Source: Octopus sinensis
Taxonomy: Eukaryota
Direction: 5' to 3'
DNA length: 64,000 nucleotides
Assembly: GCF_006345805.1 (NCBI RefSeq)
Contig: NC_042999.1
Span: forward strand, 111,724,001-111,788,000
This document shows, piece after piece, positions 51,002 through 64,000 of the stretch. Position 1 is the first letter of the stretch. Each line of letters begins with the position of its first letter. The notes under the pieces were generated by a model. The model did not search any database, was not told where the DNA came from, and was given only the letters and a program-made list of their open reading frames with translations. The position numbers and the translations under genes are program-made.

Positions 51002-54000
51002 TGGTTGTGCGTGTATGTATGCGTGCTGCGTACAAGTGCACACGCACGTTTTTGCCTGCGTGTGAGAGTCAGTGCACATATACGTGTTTTGGTTTGCGTG
51101 TGAGACTCTATGCCTATACGATAGGTGCGAAGTTTCATCTCTGTATTACATTATTATTACGAGTAAAATCATTTTTAATAAATAAAAAAAAATAATTGGA
51201 TTTTTAAAAAAACACAACGAATTTAAAATGTATCTCGTGTTAAAAACATCTAAATTTGAAATTTGTTTTATTTACAAATGTAGTCAACAGAACAAAAAGA
51301 AAACAACAATATGATACTCTAACACGTCAAATTCTATCTCTTTACACTTGCTGAAAGGAATTGATTAAAAAGGATCAAAACCTAAGCCTCCGAGTGATGA
51401 AACTGTAGCGTATTTCACATTGAAACTGTCAAGGAAAGTGTTTGGATTTAGCATGGAATAGAAAACCTTAAATTAATGGTTTAAAAATCTATATTTGTTA
51501 GAAGCAATTGGAGAAGAATAACATAGCTATGTAAAAACGAAGAGATCTTGCTACTTTTAATACATTTTACTTCGCAACAAGTCTTCAATATTGTCGATTC
51601 AAAGAGTGATGACTCTACTCCATTGGTGAAGAACCGCTAGCTTTTACCTGACAAGACCACATTAAAAAGAAATTATGCAGTTATTCCAAGTTAAGGACCA
51701 TGTTGCATGCTCATCATATATTTAGTGATTGCGGTAACATCAAGCTCTTAGTATTTGTCTTGGTTTATTCGCCCTAGTTAATACGCAATGAACTTGAAAG
51801 TGCGTGTGAAGCAGTGAGATATTTTACTTTCAAACTTTTTCTCCACATGTTGCTGACTAAAACAGTGGAGCCAAACATCTTAACTTTTCTGTTAAAGACA
51901 ATTCATACATCTTTCCTTTTAGATTGAGCAACTAATGCAAAGGATTCAAAATACACTCTAGAATCAATATAAACTGGCTAACAACCGGGGTCAGTTCGAC
52001 TTCTTAATGCACATCTCATCACTCCCTCTTTCTATCCATCCTTCCATCACACACCCCAATCTTCACTTATCTCACCACTGCATCCATTATCCTCTGACAC
52101 CCCTTATTCACTGTTACGGCTCAGGGATTCTAGAATAGCTGGTTAACTGCCAAATCTTCATATTGCCAGCCACGCAAACCATCCCTCTCAACTGAAATAT
52201 GTATGCATAATTGGGTACAATAAGGTATTTAATAGGATTACCGTTATACATGAAAACAATGAAAATTCTTACATCTTTTGATCATATCATTTTTTCACAC
52301 TATGTAAAACAATATAGTTATCAAAATTCATTTACAGCTAAATAGCAAAGTTAGTATTAGAAATATTTAAAAACAAAACTGTAACAAAAATTATAAACTG
52401 CATTTATACCGTTTAACGCCAAATGAACTTTTCAATTAGCCTGTATGTTGTCTACTGCGCCAAACCCTGTCACACAGCGGGACTAACATGTCTCTTCTAG
52501 CATTGACTCAGCAACTTAACCATATAAAATTTATTTGCCCCTTCAACCTTATAACTGATTATTTAAATATCCTAACAGTAACATTTCTCTGAAGATTTTT
52601 CTGTTGGTAAGAACGCTAAGTTTAGGGAAGAAACTACCAAAATCCAGAGTTGCTTAGATGTATATTTGCGACAGCAGAATGTGAAGCTGTTGACAAAGCT
52701 GGTCATAACTCTACTCGATCCGTGAAGCTTAATAACAACAGCTGCAACAACAACGACGATAAATATATATTTACTTCGAAACCACTTTGACATGATTACG
52801 TTTAAAACATGGAAGAGTGTTTCTATCAAGCTAAAAGCTCATTAGTAGACTTAAAATCAACAGTTGCAGCAAAGCAGTTAATTATTTATACCGTGTCTAT
52901 GCCTCTTATAGCGGACTATTGTCCTTAACATGTGATGCCGGTTTACAACCATATTGCTATGTCAGCAGGAATTGTATTCTAAGTATTAACCATACATTAA
53001 TATCTGTCATTTCTACTAGATCAACCACCTGTGACTCTACAGCGCCAAGATTAAACGAGAAATCTCGTAATTCTAGCCGCCCACACTAGATGAAAAAATT
53101 TTCAATTAGAGGGTGTGGTGGGTGGATCAGAAAGTTTGGCTTGGTATTACATATGACTGTCGTTGGATATTGGATATGACAGAATAATAACGTTAAGGGA
53201 GACGAAAAACACTTACACGTACATAGACATACACATATATACATAAGTATATACATGCATACATATGTTTGCGTACACTCTACTTTTAGTAACACCGAGT
53301 AGAGTATGTCTCTTTATAAGTGATACCCTTAATTTTAGCCCATTATAAATAGATCATCATGTGACCTTACTTTACTCGTTCCCAAAATGATGCCCATTCT
53401 CTGCAACTCTCCTTCCTTTCTCCAACTCCGATCAATAACTACTTTTGAAGTTTCTATTTCTTTGAATGTTACATTTTGCTTTAAATCCACGAATGAATAT
53501 AACTCTTAATTATCAAATTCCATTTCTGTTGGATGTAAGCCGTAATGAAACACAAACCAACACACACAAAACCAAGAAATAAACACACGTATATATGTAT
53601 ATAATACCACATAAACCACCAAAAATAAACTGGCTGTGCCAAGTCTTATTTTTCTGAGCAACTGATTGAAATAGTGACATAAAATTACATTCATTTGTAT
53701 TTTTCTCAGTTGTCCACATTTTTACAAATCTCGCTAATTGTCACTCTAGGCTGTGTTGGCATCTTAGCAGTTTTATAACATTTCTTTTGAAAGTTTACCA
53801 AGCCTATCAAACAGCCAAACAGCACGTACTCGTACTTACGCACACACCTACACAAGTTTACACACGCATAAACGCACAAGGAAAAAAAGAAGACCAAAAT
53901 TTGTGAAACTAGCTAATATTTAGTCTGTGCCCACAGTATCGACCAAGTAGATTCATGTATATAGGTGTGCATGTATTTGCGTGTGTCTTTACATAAATGT

Positions 54001-54449
54001 ACGCTTGTTGCTTTAATGTTTAATTGATTTTGTTTCATTGTCGTTATTTTACACCCATCATTTTATGATATAATAATCGTTTGATTGGTTTAGCAAAATC
54101 AATAATCAAACAGCTCTGCTAATTAGTTCGCAAGTAAGATTAACTGACTAATAGTGACTCTCACACACACATTCACATATACACACATGCACTCACACAC
54201 AGTGTGTAACTGTTATTTCTAAGACTCTTCAATCTCAGACTGGAGTTGTTCCAAATTTACTTTAGAAGAACTAATAAGCTTTTCAGTCTTCAAGTTTGGA
54301 TAATCACCAGCTGTATGAACCCCAGTCGGTCACATCAAAACTGAAGTGGAAAAGAGTCGAGGAAATGGTTTATTATTATTTGTTATTCAAGAAATTTTCC
54401 ATAGAATTATACTACCTTCATTCAACGTTTTCTTGGGAGGGATTTGAAA

Positions 54450-55135
54450 TCAGAGCGCGGGGAGAAACGGAATGACTACCATAAAATGTTATATCCTGCA
54501 TGCTAATGGCCTTGCTGCCTTTAATATGTATCGTTGACGAATCCATTTCTACCCTACCTGCAATTAACTCATGTGTTCCCAAAGTTTAGATTTTGTCCCT
54601 CAATCATCAATGACCTGCTTGCTGCCATGTCCAACAACACCCACCCACGTACAGCTGTCACGACGCTTCCATTCTAATTTCCCACGACCATGCGTCATCA
54701 AAATACAACCTTGACACCACTTGCTTCCATTGATTCCATGAACAGAAACCTTGCGAGCATCCTTCTCTCACTTTATAGCAAAAATATTGAAGCACTACCC
54801 ATATCAAGAAAACGCCACCGTGTAACACTTCCAAAAGCATGAGAAGTGTGCTCAAATAGAATCTTCGCAGACACCCCAAAGTTTGGGTCACACAATCACC
54901 GAGGACCATTCTTAGCACGCCCTTAGTCATCACAAAGATTGATTCTTCTTTTCAGGATCAGAAAATATCTCTTCTCCGAAAGCTACTGACACTCTACGAG
55001 GTTCAAATTAGGACTACAATGGGGTAATACTCTCACATTTGGAACGGCGCTGTGGCTACGAACACAGAAATACTGGATCACATCCATCGAAGGACTACTT
55101 GACTGATTAATTCCACCTCCCTTCGATCAGAAACT
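54450..55135 (+). pseudogene. CR1/L2-like LINE reverse transcriptase C-terminal fragment
   Basis: IINDLL and LLTLYEVQIRTTMG*YSHIWNGA..ILDHIHRRTT resemble the CR1-group LYKAQIRP.MEYCSHIW..LDRIQ motif; degenerate. Confidence 0.65.
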
Positions 55136-55544
55136 ATTTTGTCATATTCTATATTTTACATGTGTGTGTATGCGTGTGTGTGTGTGTGTCCGTGCGTGTG
55201 TGCGTGATCGTGTCTCATATTTATAAACGTATATATATACAATATATACATATGCATACATACATTTATTCATATATGCATACGTAGATACATACATACA
55301 TACATAAATACATACATACATACATACATACATACATACATACATACATACATACATACATACATACATACATACATACGTATGTATGCAACCGGTGTGA
55401 CTATGTTGAACTTCCGCTGTTTGTATTTTATAATGTTCTTGACCCCTGTTCTGATATCAAATGTAGAAATGTTAAGCAGGAGTATTAAAATGTAGGAGAA
55501 AATATTTTGAAATCTTTGTCCTGACTCTATATTCTGATTTCAAA

Positions 55545-55757
55545 CGCTACCAGTGTTAGCTTTGCCTTTCATCATTCCAGCGTCGATAGAGTACCAATCA
55601 AGCACTTTGGGTCCATTTCCTTCAATATTATGTATCTTGTGCGTAAATCTCACCATTATAATTCTAATAATGAAACATTGGCCGAACCGTTACTGTGCCG
55701 GACAAAATCGACTATCCCCTTCCCCACAAATTCCAAGCTTGTGTCTATAATAGAAAG
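55545..55757 (+). mobile_element. SINE family B, rearranged fragment
   Basis: tttgcctttcatcattccagcgtcgata...tgtctataatagaaaggatt. Confidence 0.6.
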
Positions 55758-55857
55758 GATTGTTATTATTATCATCATCATCATCATCAACATCATCATT
55801 ATTATTATCATTATTAATATTATCATTATTATTATCATTATCATTATTATTATTATT

Positions 55858-56410
55858 GAGTGAGAGAGCAGTTCATGCCATCAAAGTGACACTGGGGTAA
55901 AATATACGAAGCCCAATATACCCATCATGACTACCCGTCTGATAAAGGTACACCAGGCACATGCATCACAACCATATGTGCGCGACATGGTGATCTCATA
56001 TCAAGATAAACAGCACATGACCTTGCAGGTGGGGCTCAGTTAGAATTTTCTTCAGGTTGAGTAGCCCATCCCACTCAAAGGGTCCCTGAATAAGGGTTGT
56101 TTAAGGATGTTGAAAGAACCACCCATGTTTCCAGAGGTGAACTATTCAAACCCCAAAGAATCCCTCTCAACACATGGCTATGATGCTCCCCCACTACTTC
56201 TGCTCGTGATCAGAGATGCACATATCGTCAGCCACTAAGGGACATGCTCAACTGGTTACGGTCAAACAACTGACAAGCAAATCTGTGGTATTGAGCAGAA
56301 TATTTGCTGTAGCCCATCTTTTATACCAAGACAAAACAATGTACTTGATAACACTTCCAATCAGTTAAGATCAGAAGCCATGAGAGCCACTGCCTAGTAC
56401 TGCATCAGGG

Positions 56411-56412
<2 letters not shown>
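55858..56412. mobile_element. ~555 bp non-coding interspersed element in (ATT)n/(ATC)n
   Basis: Sharp GC-richer block flanked by trinucleotide microsatellite; recalled as an abundant octopus repeat. Confidence 0.6.
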
Positions 56413-56468
<56 letters not shown>

Positions 56469-56519
56469 ATCATCATCATCATCATCATCATCATCATTAT
56501 CATCATTATTATTATTATC

Positions 56520-58095
56520 CTAGTGCATGGTAACTTATTTAGCAGGTATTTTTTATCTTGGTGTTTGATGGCAAGACTGCTCAAATCTCAAAAATCATAG
56601 GTTTTTTGAAGAATATTGGACGGTACTGTTCTGCTAGTCGACAATACAAGTTTAAATTCCAATTTTTTCAGTAGTTGGGGTATTTTGGGTGTTGTATGAA
56701 GTGCACCAATGACTACAGGAATAATTGTTATCTTGGTCATCTACTGTCTTCTCAGCTCTCTGGCTAGATTCTGATACTTCTTAGCTTTTCAATTTCTTTG
56801 GTATCGACCCTGCTATCATAGGGAATTACAAAACATCTATATTCTAACTATTTGTTTCTTTTGTCCTCTATGATCATATCTGATCTTATTGCTTCGGTAT
56901 TTTGATCAGTCTTTATGGAGGAATCCCACAAGATCTTTTAATTCTTATTTTCTATCACAGCTTCTGGTTCGTGCTCATACCACGACCCACACACTCGGCT
57001 AACATTCTAATGCACTCTTTTGCCTACACAACCATGTCTTCGTTTATACTCTTTTTGTGCTAGTATATTGTACTCACTCAAAAGGTGATTGATGCTTTTG
57101 TTTCCTTTCCTGCAATTTCTACATTTGCTATCTGACAGACTTTTGTTGATTTATGTCTTTATCAGATTTGTCCTAAGCGCTTGTTCTTCACCGGCTATAA
57201 TTGGCATACCAATCTCTCGTTTCAAATTATCGTCTATCAATTAGAGCCAGCGGTCACTACTTCCTGTGTTCTCGATTTGTTGCATGAATTGGCCATGTAA
57301 TTCCATTCTTTGTATTTATCTGTTCTATTGTTCATTTTGTTCTTCCTTTTCTCTTACTGTTTCAGTCACATTTTCTGTATCTTTGGCTGCCAATATCATT
57401 CTTTCTTTACTCTGCACAACATAATTTTTCAGACATAGTATCACAGTTTTAACATCATCGTCTGCATTTAGTAACCTTCAGCTATCTTCCTTTCTTGCTA
57501 GGTATAGTCAGTCGCCATTGCTTTTAGAGTGGTGAATGTTGTGCATTCTGAGCAGCTTTCTAGTTCTTCTATCCAAGTTCAGTAGTTCAACCTTTGTGGG
57601 CCTCAGAAAGGGAGCAGAATATCTCAGTACGGGCATAGCATATATATTCATGGCTTTGGTGATGCTACCTCCATTTAATTGTTTCGAGCACCTTCCAAGT
57701 TCACCTCTTATATTTTTTAGTGACTTTCTCTCTCATTCCTCCTTCCATTAATTATCCTGTCGTCTTGCAGCACTTCTAGATATTTGTTTTCCTCGTTATT
57801 CCACAGCAACCAAATAATGACTTGCAATAATTTTGTGCCATCAGAATTTATCTTCCGACCTCTCTTCATAATTAGTACTGTGCACTTATCTACTCCAAAC
57901 TGCATTCCATTGTTTTTACTAAATACTCTCACTGTTTGGATCAATGAGTCTAGGTTTGTCTCGCTTTTTGCATACATCTTGAGGTCATCTATATCAGGTA
58001 GTTGATTTATTCCCATCTTAGAACTGGTAAATTCCTAGGCAGTTCTGGATTTTCTCAGTATACTTGTCAGAAGAATTATCGCAATGACGAAGAGT

Positions 58096-58143
<48 letters not shown>

Positions 58144-58390
58144 ACCTCTCTAGGAAATAACCCTGCGTATTTTCGCGTTTCCTAGCGATTCATTTGCACT
58201 TTTAAGTTCTACCTCCCACATTCTATTTGATTTCTGAAAAAGATTGTTAATCTCATTGACGTCAAGAACCAGAGGTGTATGACATTGTCATAAGCCTTCC
58301 TGTAGTCTAAATTCTTCATCTTTACTCATGTCTCAATTATGAGGCCAGTTAATAGTTTCCAGAAAAATGGTAAGCAAGTAAAAGGTCTAC
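56520..58390 (-). pseudogene. R4/Dong-like non-LTR retrotransposon, 5' truncated (RT, Cys knuckle, restriction-like endonuclease)
   Basis: YRKAYDN; degenerate RGIFQGDSLSPLLFVIAI-like segment; IDDLKMYAKSETNLDSLIQTVRVFS..GMQFGVDKC; LAQKEYKRRH; KILWDSSIKTD..RSD; 3' end abuts (AAT)n. Confidence 0.85.
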
Positions 58391-58417
58391 ATTATTATTA
58401 TTGTCGTTGACGTTGCG

Positions 58418-58653
58418 AGGGCTGCGAGCTGGCCGAATCGTTAACACGCTGGACTAAATGATTAGCGGCATCTCGCCTATCGTCACGTTCTGATTTCAAA
58501 TTCTGCCGAGGTCGTCTTTGCCTTTCATCTTTTTGAGATCGATAAAATAAATACCAGTGAAACTCTGGGGTCGATGTAATCGGCTAGTCCCCGCCCACCA
58601 AATTCAGGCTTTGTACCTATAGTAGAAAGGATTATCATTATTGTTGTTGTTTC

Positions 58654-58707
<54 letters not shown>

Positions 58708-59215
58708 GGCGGTGAGATAGCAGTATCGTTACGTTAGCACGCCGGGAAAAATGCTCAGTGACATTTCGTCCGTCTGTACGTTCTTAACTCAAATTCCTCC
58801 GCGGTGAAATTTGTCTTGCATCCTTTCGAAGGCGATAAAATAAGTACCAGTTGAACACCGGGATGTAACCGTCACACCCTGAGCAGTTTTCCCGGTGTGC
58901 TAACGATTCTGCCACCTTGGGTTGTTTTGCTCTGCTTCGATACAGTCCTAGCTACTGATTAAACCGTTCTTCTGGACAAGTACAGCCGACCGGTGTCTAT
59001 TATTATTATTATTCAAGGCGGCGAGCTGGCAGAATCGTTAGCGCACTGGATGAAATGCTTAGTGGTATTTGGCCAGTCGCTACGTTCTTAGTTCAAATTC
59101 CGCCGAGGTCGACTTTGCCTTTCATCCTTTCGGGGTCGATAAATTACGCACCAGTTGCGTACTGTGCTCGATGTAATTGTGCCTATAGTAGAAAGGATTA
59201 TTATTATTATTATTA

Positions 59216-59261
<46 letters not shown>

Positions 59262-59455
59262 GTGCAGTATCGTTTGCACAAAATGTTCAATGGCTTTCCT
59301 TCCGAATTTACGTTCAGAGTTCAAATGTCACAGGGATTGACTTGCCTTTTACATCCTTTCAGGATCGATAAAATAAGTACCAGCTGAGTATTGGGGATAG
59401 GGTCGATGTAATCGGCTTATCTCCTCCCTCAAAATTTCTGGCCCTGAGCCACACT
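58418..59455 (+). mobile_element. Array of four diverged SINE family B copies separated by (ATT)n
   Basis: Copies at ~58418-58632, 58706-58862, 59016-59198 and 59265-59455, each with a ttcaaat(t)cc-like B box. Confidence 0.85.
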
Positions 59456-59786
59456 TTGAAACACTCATTATTAATATCTGTGTATTGGCAAAATTGCTAG
59501 ATCATCAGAAAAAATAGCATGCGGATCTTTCAATTCTAAAAGTCACAAAACGCCGATGTCCATTTTGTTTTGCTTCACCATTGAAGTAATCAACAGACTC
59601 TTTTTCAAAATTACTGACCTTCTGTTTAAATAAGAAACGATTATTTATGCTATAAGAAGTCTAGATAGAAACTTTCTCATTAATATGGAATATCGTATTT
59701 TTCTTATTTTGGTTTATTTTTATATAAAATTAATTTCGTCTCTCTGACGTTGATTGTTTTGTTGTTGCATATAATTGTTGTTCTTT

Positions 59787-59821
<35 letters not shown>

Positions 59822-60789
59822 TTTGGTGGTGGTGGTGGTGATTGTGCTGGTGGTGCTGGTAGCGGCAGCGGCGGCGGAGGAGGACGTGTTTTCTCCCCGA
59901 CCTACGTTTCCCGCTCGTATTTGTCACTATAGCTTTAACTGTCCACATCTCTGGTGCTGTCATCACATTCATTAAATTCCTATTAACCACACCTTCCTGT
60001 TTCTCTCATTCCTTTCTTTTCACACACACACACAAATACGCGCGCGCGCACATACACACACACACACACACATACAAACAAGCACGCACACACACGCAGA
60101 GACAGGCACGTGTATACTCACAACTGCCACCATAACCACCACCACTACCACCACTACCGCTACCTCCATCATGAAGAACCCCCTCACGGCCCTATGATTT
60201 CAAATGACAATCTCTAAATCTACCAACAATCTTTTTTATTTTTTTTTTAATGAAACATTTCAAGAAAGTGACAAAAAATATTTCAAATGACACTTTTTAA
60301 AAATATTTCGTTTTAAAATTGCATTCATCAAACAAAAAAAGAAACGAAAATGTGTGTAAGTGCATATATGTGTGCGTGTTGGTTATTACACACACATTGG
60401 TATTATAAGTGTGTGTGTGTGTGTGTGTGCGTGCGCATGTGTATGTGTGAGTGTGTGTTCGCGCGCGCGCACGATACGTGCAAACGTACATAGCATTTGC
60501 GTACCGCATATATACACACATGAACACAATATACACGCATATACATATACGCATACAAACACACATACACATATATATAAATGCGTATACAAATATATAT
60601 GTATCCATATATATATATATATAAACGCACCTATACACTCATATATTTATATATTATATATAAACATGTGTGTGTGTGTGTGTATTCTAATCTTATGCAA
60701 CATTTAAATATACGAAACGATTTCAGAAATACTGACACTCACACACATCTACATACTTACATATATACCTACACACACACACCACACAC

Positions 60790-60911
<122 letters not shown>

Positions 60912-60926
60912 TATACTCTTTTACTA

Positions 60927-61108
60927 TTTTACTTGTTTCAGTCTTTTGACTGCGGCCATGCTGGAGCACCGCCTTTAGTTGAGCAAATCGACCCCTAGTA
61001 CTTAATCTATCGGTCTCTTGTGCTGAACCGCAAGTTATGGGGACGTAAATTGACCACCATCAGTTTTCAAGCGATGTTGGGGACAAACACAGACGCACAA
61101 ACATATAT

Positions 61109-61205
<97 letters not shown>

Positions 61206-61245
61206 GACGGGCTTCTTTCAGTTTCAGTTTCCGTCTACCAAATGG
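60927..61245 (-). mobile_element. SINE family A, 3' portion
   Basis: gactgcggccatgctggagcaccgcc...ttccgtctaccaaat. Confidence 0.85.
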
Positions 61246-61259
61246 TATACGTGTTAGAT

Positions 61260-61310
61260 TCCAGTACTTTATGAGTAAAATCCAACTGATTTTACTCATA
61301 AAGTATTGGA
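61260..61310. other. 23 bp hairpin with 5 nt loop
   Basis: tccagtactttatgagtaaaatc caact gattttactcataaagtattgga. Confidence 0.85.
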
Positions 61311-61456
61311 ATCTTACATGCATACCATTTTGCCTAAAAAAATGGAACTACAAATTCAATATCCCAAAATATCTCACATCTATTTTCTTTCCTCCACCTC
61401 ACTCTCTATTTTGTATCCTATCTAAATTAACTATTACTTAAGTATACTTTCACACC

Positions 61457-61503
61457 GTCTCCGATGAAGGGATATAATAACTATCCTGGAAACAGTGTAA
61501 GAC
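61457..61503 (+). ncRNA. Type I hammerhead variant (CCGAUGA core)
   Basis: GTCT CCGATGA A GGGATA loop TATCCT G GAAA CA G TG TA AGAC. Confidence 0.55.
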
Positions 61504-62515
61504 CTATCTATAAATGTTCTAAAATCTACTCAGCCTTGGGTTTTTTTATCTCATTACGAAAAAAAATTTATACATATATATATATGTGTGTGTATGTGTG
61601 TGTATGTATGTATGTATGTATGTATGTATGTATGTATATAATGTATATTTGCATATATGTGTGTACACATATACATTTACTTATATGTGAGTGTATGTAC
61701 GTATGCATTTATGTATGTATAGAAAACAAAGAGCATCGAAATCAGTGTTTGTTGTTTTTTGTTTCTTTTTGTCTTTTATATGTTTTTTTTTCATCTAGAC
61801 AGTTTTAATGATCGAATATTCAAATATTGAGATAAAATTATTTTTAAATTTATCCATATTTACTGTTCTGTATGATATGCAGTAGGGGCAATGCTGGTCA
61901 ACTGTGATAAAACCTCTGGGACTAAGTTGCTGTCAGCAGATAAAGACGAAATTCTGTGGAAAAACCTTCTTGTATTTCTACTGATGCTTCACAAAATATT
62001 GATACTATATTGGTCCATCTCAAAAATTACATGCATACAGATATGTTTTCTGTCACTGCCTTGAAGGGTTTTAGTCGTACAGACCGGCCTATTTCATATT
62101 TTTATAGTTTGGAACTTATTTTACCGTTTTTTATAGCCGAACCGCTACATTACGAAGACGTGAAGGAAGTAATATTGGTTGCCCTGCGATTGTGGGGATA
62201 AATTTACACGCAAGAACATACACATATGCGATTGACTTCCCCGCAGTTTCCATCTAGAAGACATTGATTTGCTCAGGTTTTAGTAGAAGACTATACTTGC
62301 CTAAGATTTCGCGTTGAAGGACTGAACCCGAAACTATGAGATTGTAAAGCGAGTTTCTAAACCACACGTATATAATGCGTATATACAAATATACGTATAA
62401 TATATACGTAATGCGTATATATTAATATAGTTTAGATTTGATTTATTTAAACTTTGTGAATCCAGATATGAATACGTATTTTACATTAAACATACTGCAG
62501 GTATTATATTATGTG

Positions 62516-62920
62516 GGTGCAGGCGTCGCTGAGTAGTAAAAGGTCTACTTCCCATCACATGGTTCCGGCTCAATCCCACTGCCTGGTACCTTAGGCAAAT
62601 TCTTCTACTACAACCCCGGGCCAAGAAAAGTTTTGTAAGTGGATTTATTTGAGGGAAACTTATAGGAGCCTTTCGCATGTGAGTGTGTGAGAGAGAGATT
62701 CTCCCCACCACCGCTTGACAACCGGTGTTGGCGTGTTTACGTCCCGTAAAGATGCCAAAACCGTAAACACGCAACTCGGCAAAAGAGGACGAGAGAAGAA
62801 GTACCAGACTTTTTAAAAAAATAACAAATAAGCGCTAGGTTTGATTGTTCGACCAATTCTTCCAGGAGGTGCCTCGGCATGGCCGCAGTCTAATGACGGA
62901 AACAAGTAAACAATAAAAGG
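62516..62920 (+). mobile_element. SINE family A, diverged full length
   Basis: ggttccggctcaatccc, cttaggcaaat, gcatggccgcagtctaatgac. Confidence 0.85.
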
Positions 62921-63342
62921 CATTATTTCTTCTGCATACTATTCCTTTCCCTTTTTAGTACTAGCGTTATAATTTTCCAAATTTCTTTTTCCATTATACT
63001 CATACACACACATACACTCACGTTGAGACAGAAACATGTGTACAGGAATGAACTTTTATCTCTAGACGATTAGCATAGCTTTTTACTTAGTAGCATGTCC
63101 ACTATGAGAAACTGTTGATTCTTGAGAAACTGATCTGACGTGCTGCTTCGTAATTGCGACACATCCTCCAAAGCCAGAAAAAATTTGAAGAAATCATGAA
63201 CTGATTTATAAAAATACTGTTATGAATATTGCAGTATCAAGGCCCAAGCTGTCCAATAGCAAAAACTCAGTAACTGATGCTGACTGTTTTTTAATTAAAA
63301 TTACAGCTTTGAATCTGCTCATAGTCATCTCTCTTCGGTATG

Positions 63343-63385
63343 TCTCATTGAAGAAGGCCATAAAACCTAAAGTGTGCGTTTGAGA
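63343..63385 (+). ncRNA. Degenerate hammerhead-like motif
   Basis: TCTCA TTGAAGA A GG ccataaaa CC TAAA GTGTGCG TT TGAGA; two core changes. Confidence 0.3.
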
Positions 63386-63934
63386 ATCCGTTAGGGGGAA
63401 GCACTGGACATATATGAAGTTTTTACACGTTTGCCCAAAAGAGAGAATTTTCTTCTCCTCGGTAACTGTTGTGGATTTGACCTTAGAAGTTAAAATAAGT
63501 CACAAATATATTTTAACTGACCTAAAGTTCGTTAGTATACATGCACGCACACACACACTACATACATACATACATACATACATACATACATACATACATA
63601 CATACATAAATACATACATACATAATACATAAGTATATATATACATACATATATATATATATATTATATATATATATATATTATATATATATATATATAT
63701 AATATATATATATATAATATATATATATATATTATATATATATATACTAAGCAATAAAGGGTTTAGCAACGAATTGCCTTACCACAGACCGAATTTAGAA
63801 ATAGCAGTCAAGAGTTATAGCTATTTCTTCTACTAAAAAGGGAGATCTCAGTAAAAACACACCAATTGGAAGGCAGACACAAACAGGTTATATATAATAT
63901 ATATATATATATATATAATATATATATATATATA

Positions 63935-64000
63935 TACGAGTTTTATTTTCGAACATAGCCTCCTTGTAGTCTACACACTTTTTCTATCGATATTGCAATG
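63935..64000 (-). mobile_element. Mariner/Tc1 3' end fragment at window edge
   Basis: Minus-strand LQYR*KKCVDYKEAMFE resembles the mariner C-terminal RW.KC...G.Y.E motif; abuts (TA)n. Confidence 0.45.

Noticed and set aside
52570-52840. Protein-like open frames as a possible exon
   Set aside because: No recognisable domain or consistent splice-site pair

Overview
AT-rich, microsatellite-saturated eukaryotic DNA with no supportable host gene. The tRNA-derived SINE families match ones I recognise from octopus genomes; the organism call is an inference. The window is intergenic or deep-intronic and built from mobile elements: a near full-length Neptune-type Penelope-like element (PLE) with direct pseudo-LTRs (18.1-23.0 kb, minus), an older AT-rich PLE of another lineage beside it (15.6-18.05 kb), a decayed full-length mariner plus fragments, an R4/Dong-like LINE in (TAA)n, a CR1/L2-like RT fragment and many SINE copies. 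The main unexplained signal is a dense set of type I hammerhead ribozyme (HHR) motifs, about 14 candidates from several unrelated families. They include a canonical tandem pair 352 nt apart (46.6/47.0 kb, retrozyme-like), a canonical HHR with a long branched stem II (48.2 kb), and core variants (G3-C8 swap; CCGAUGA-A...G-GAAA; CUGUUGA). Most lie in short non-coding elements in or next to (TA)n, and five share a 5' fold-back (inverted-B, A, B, A) architecture. All structures and translations were read by eye; nothing was computed or searched.
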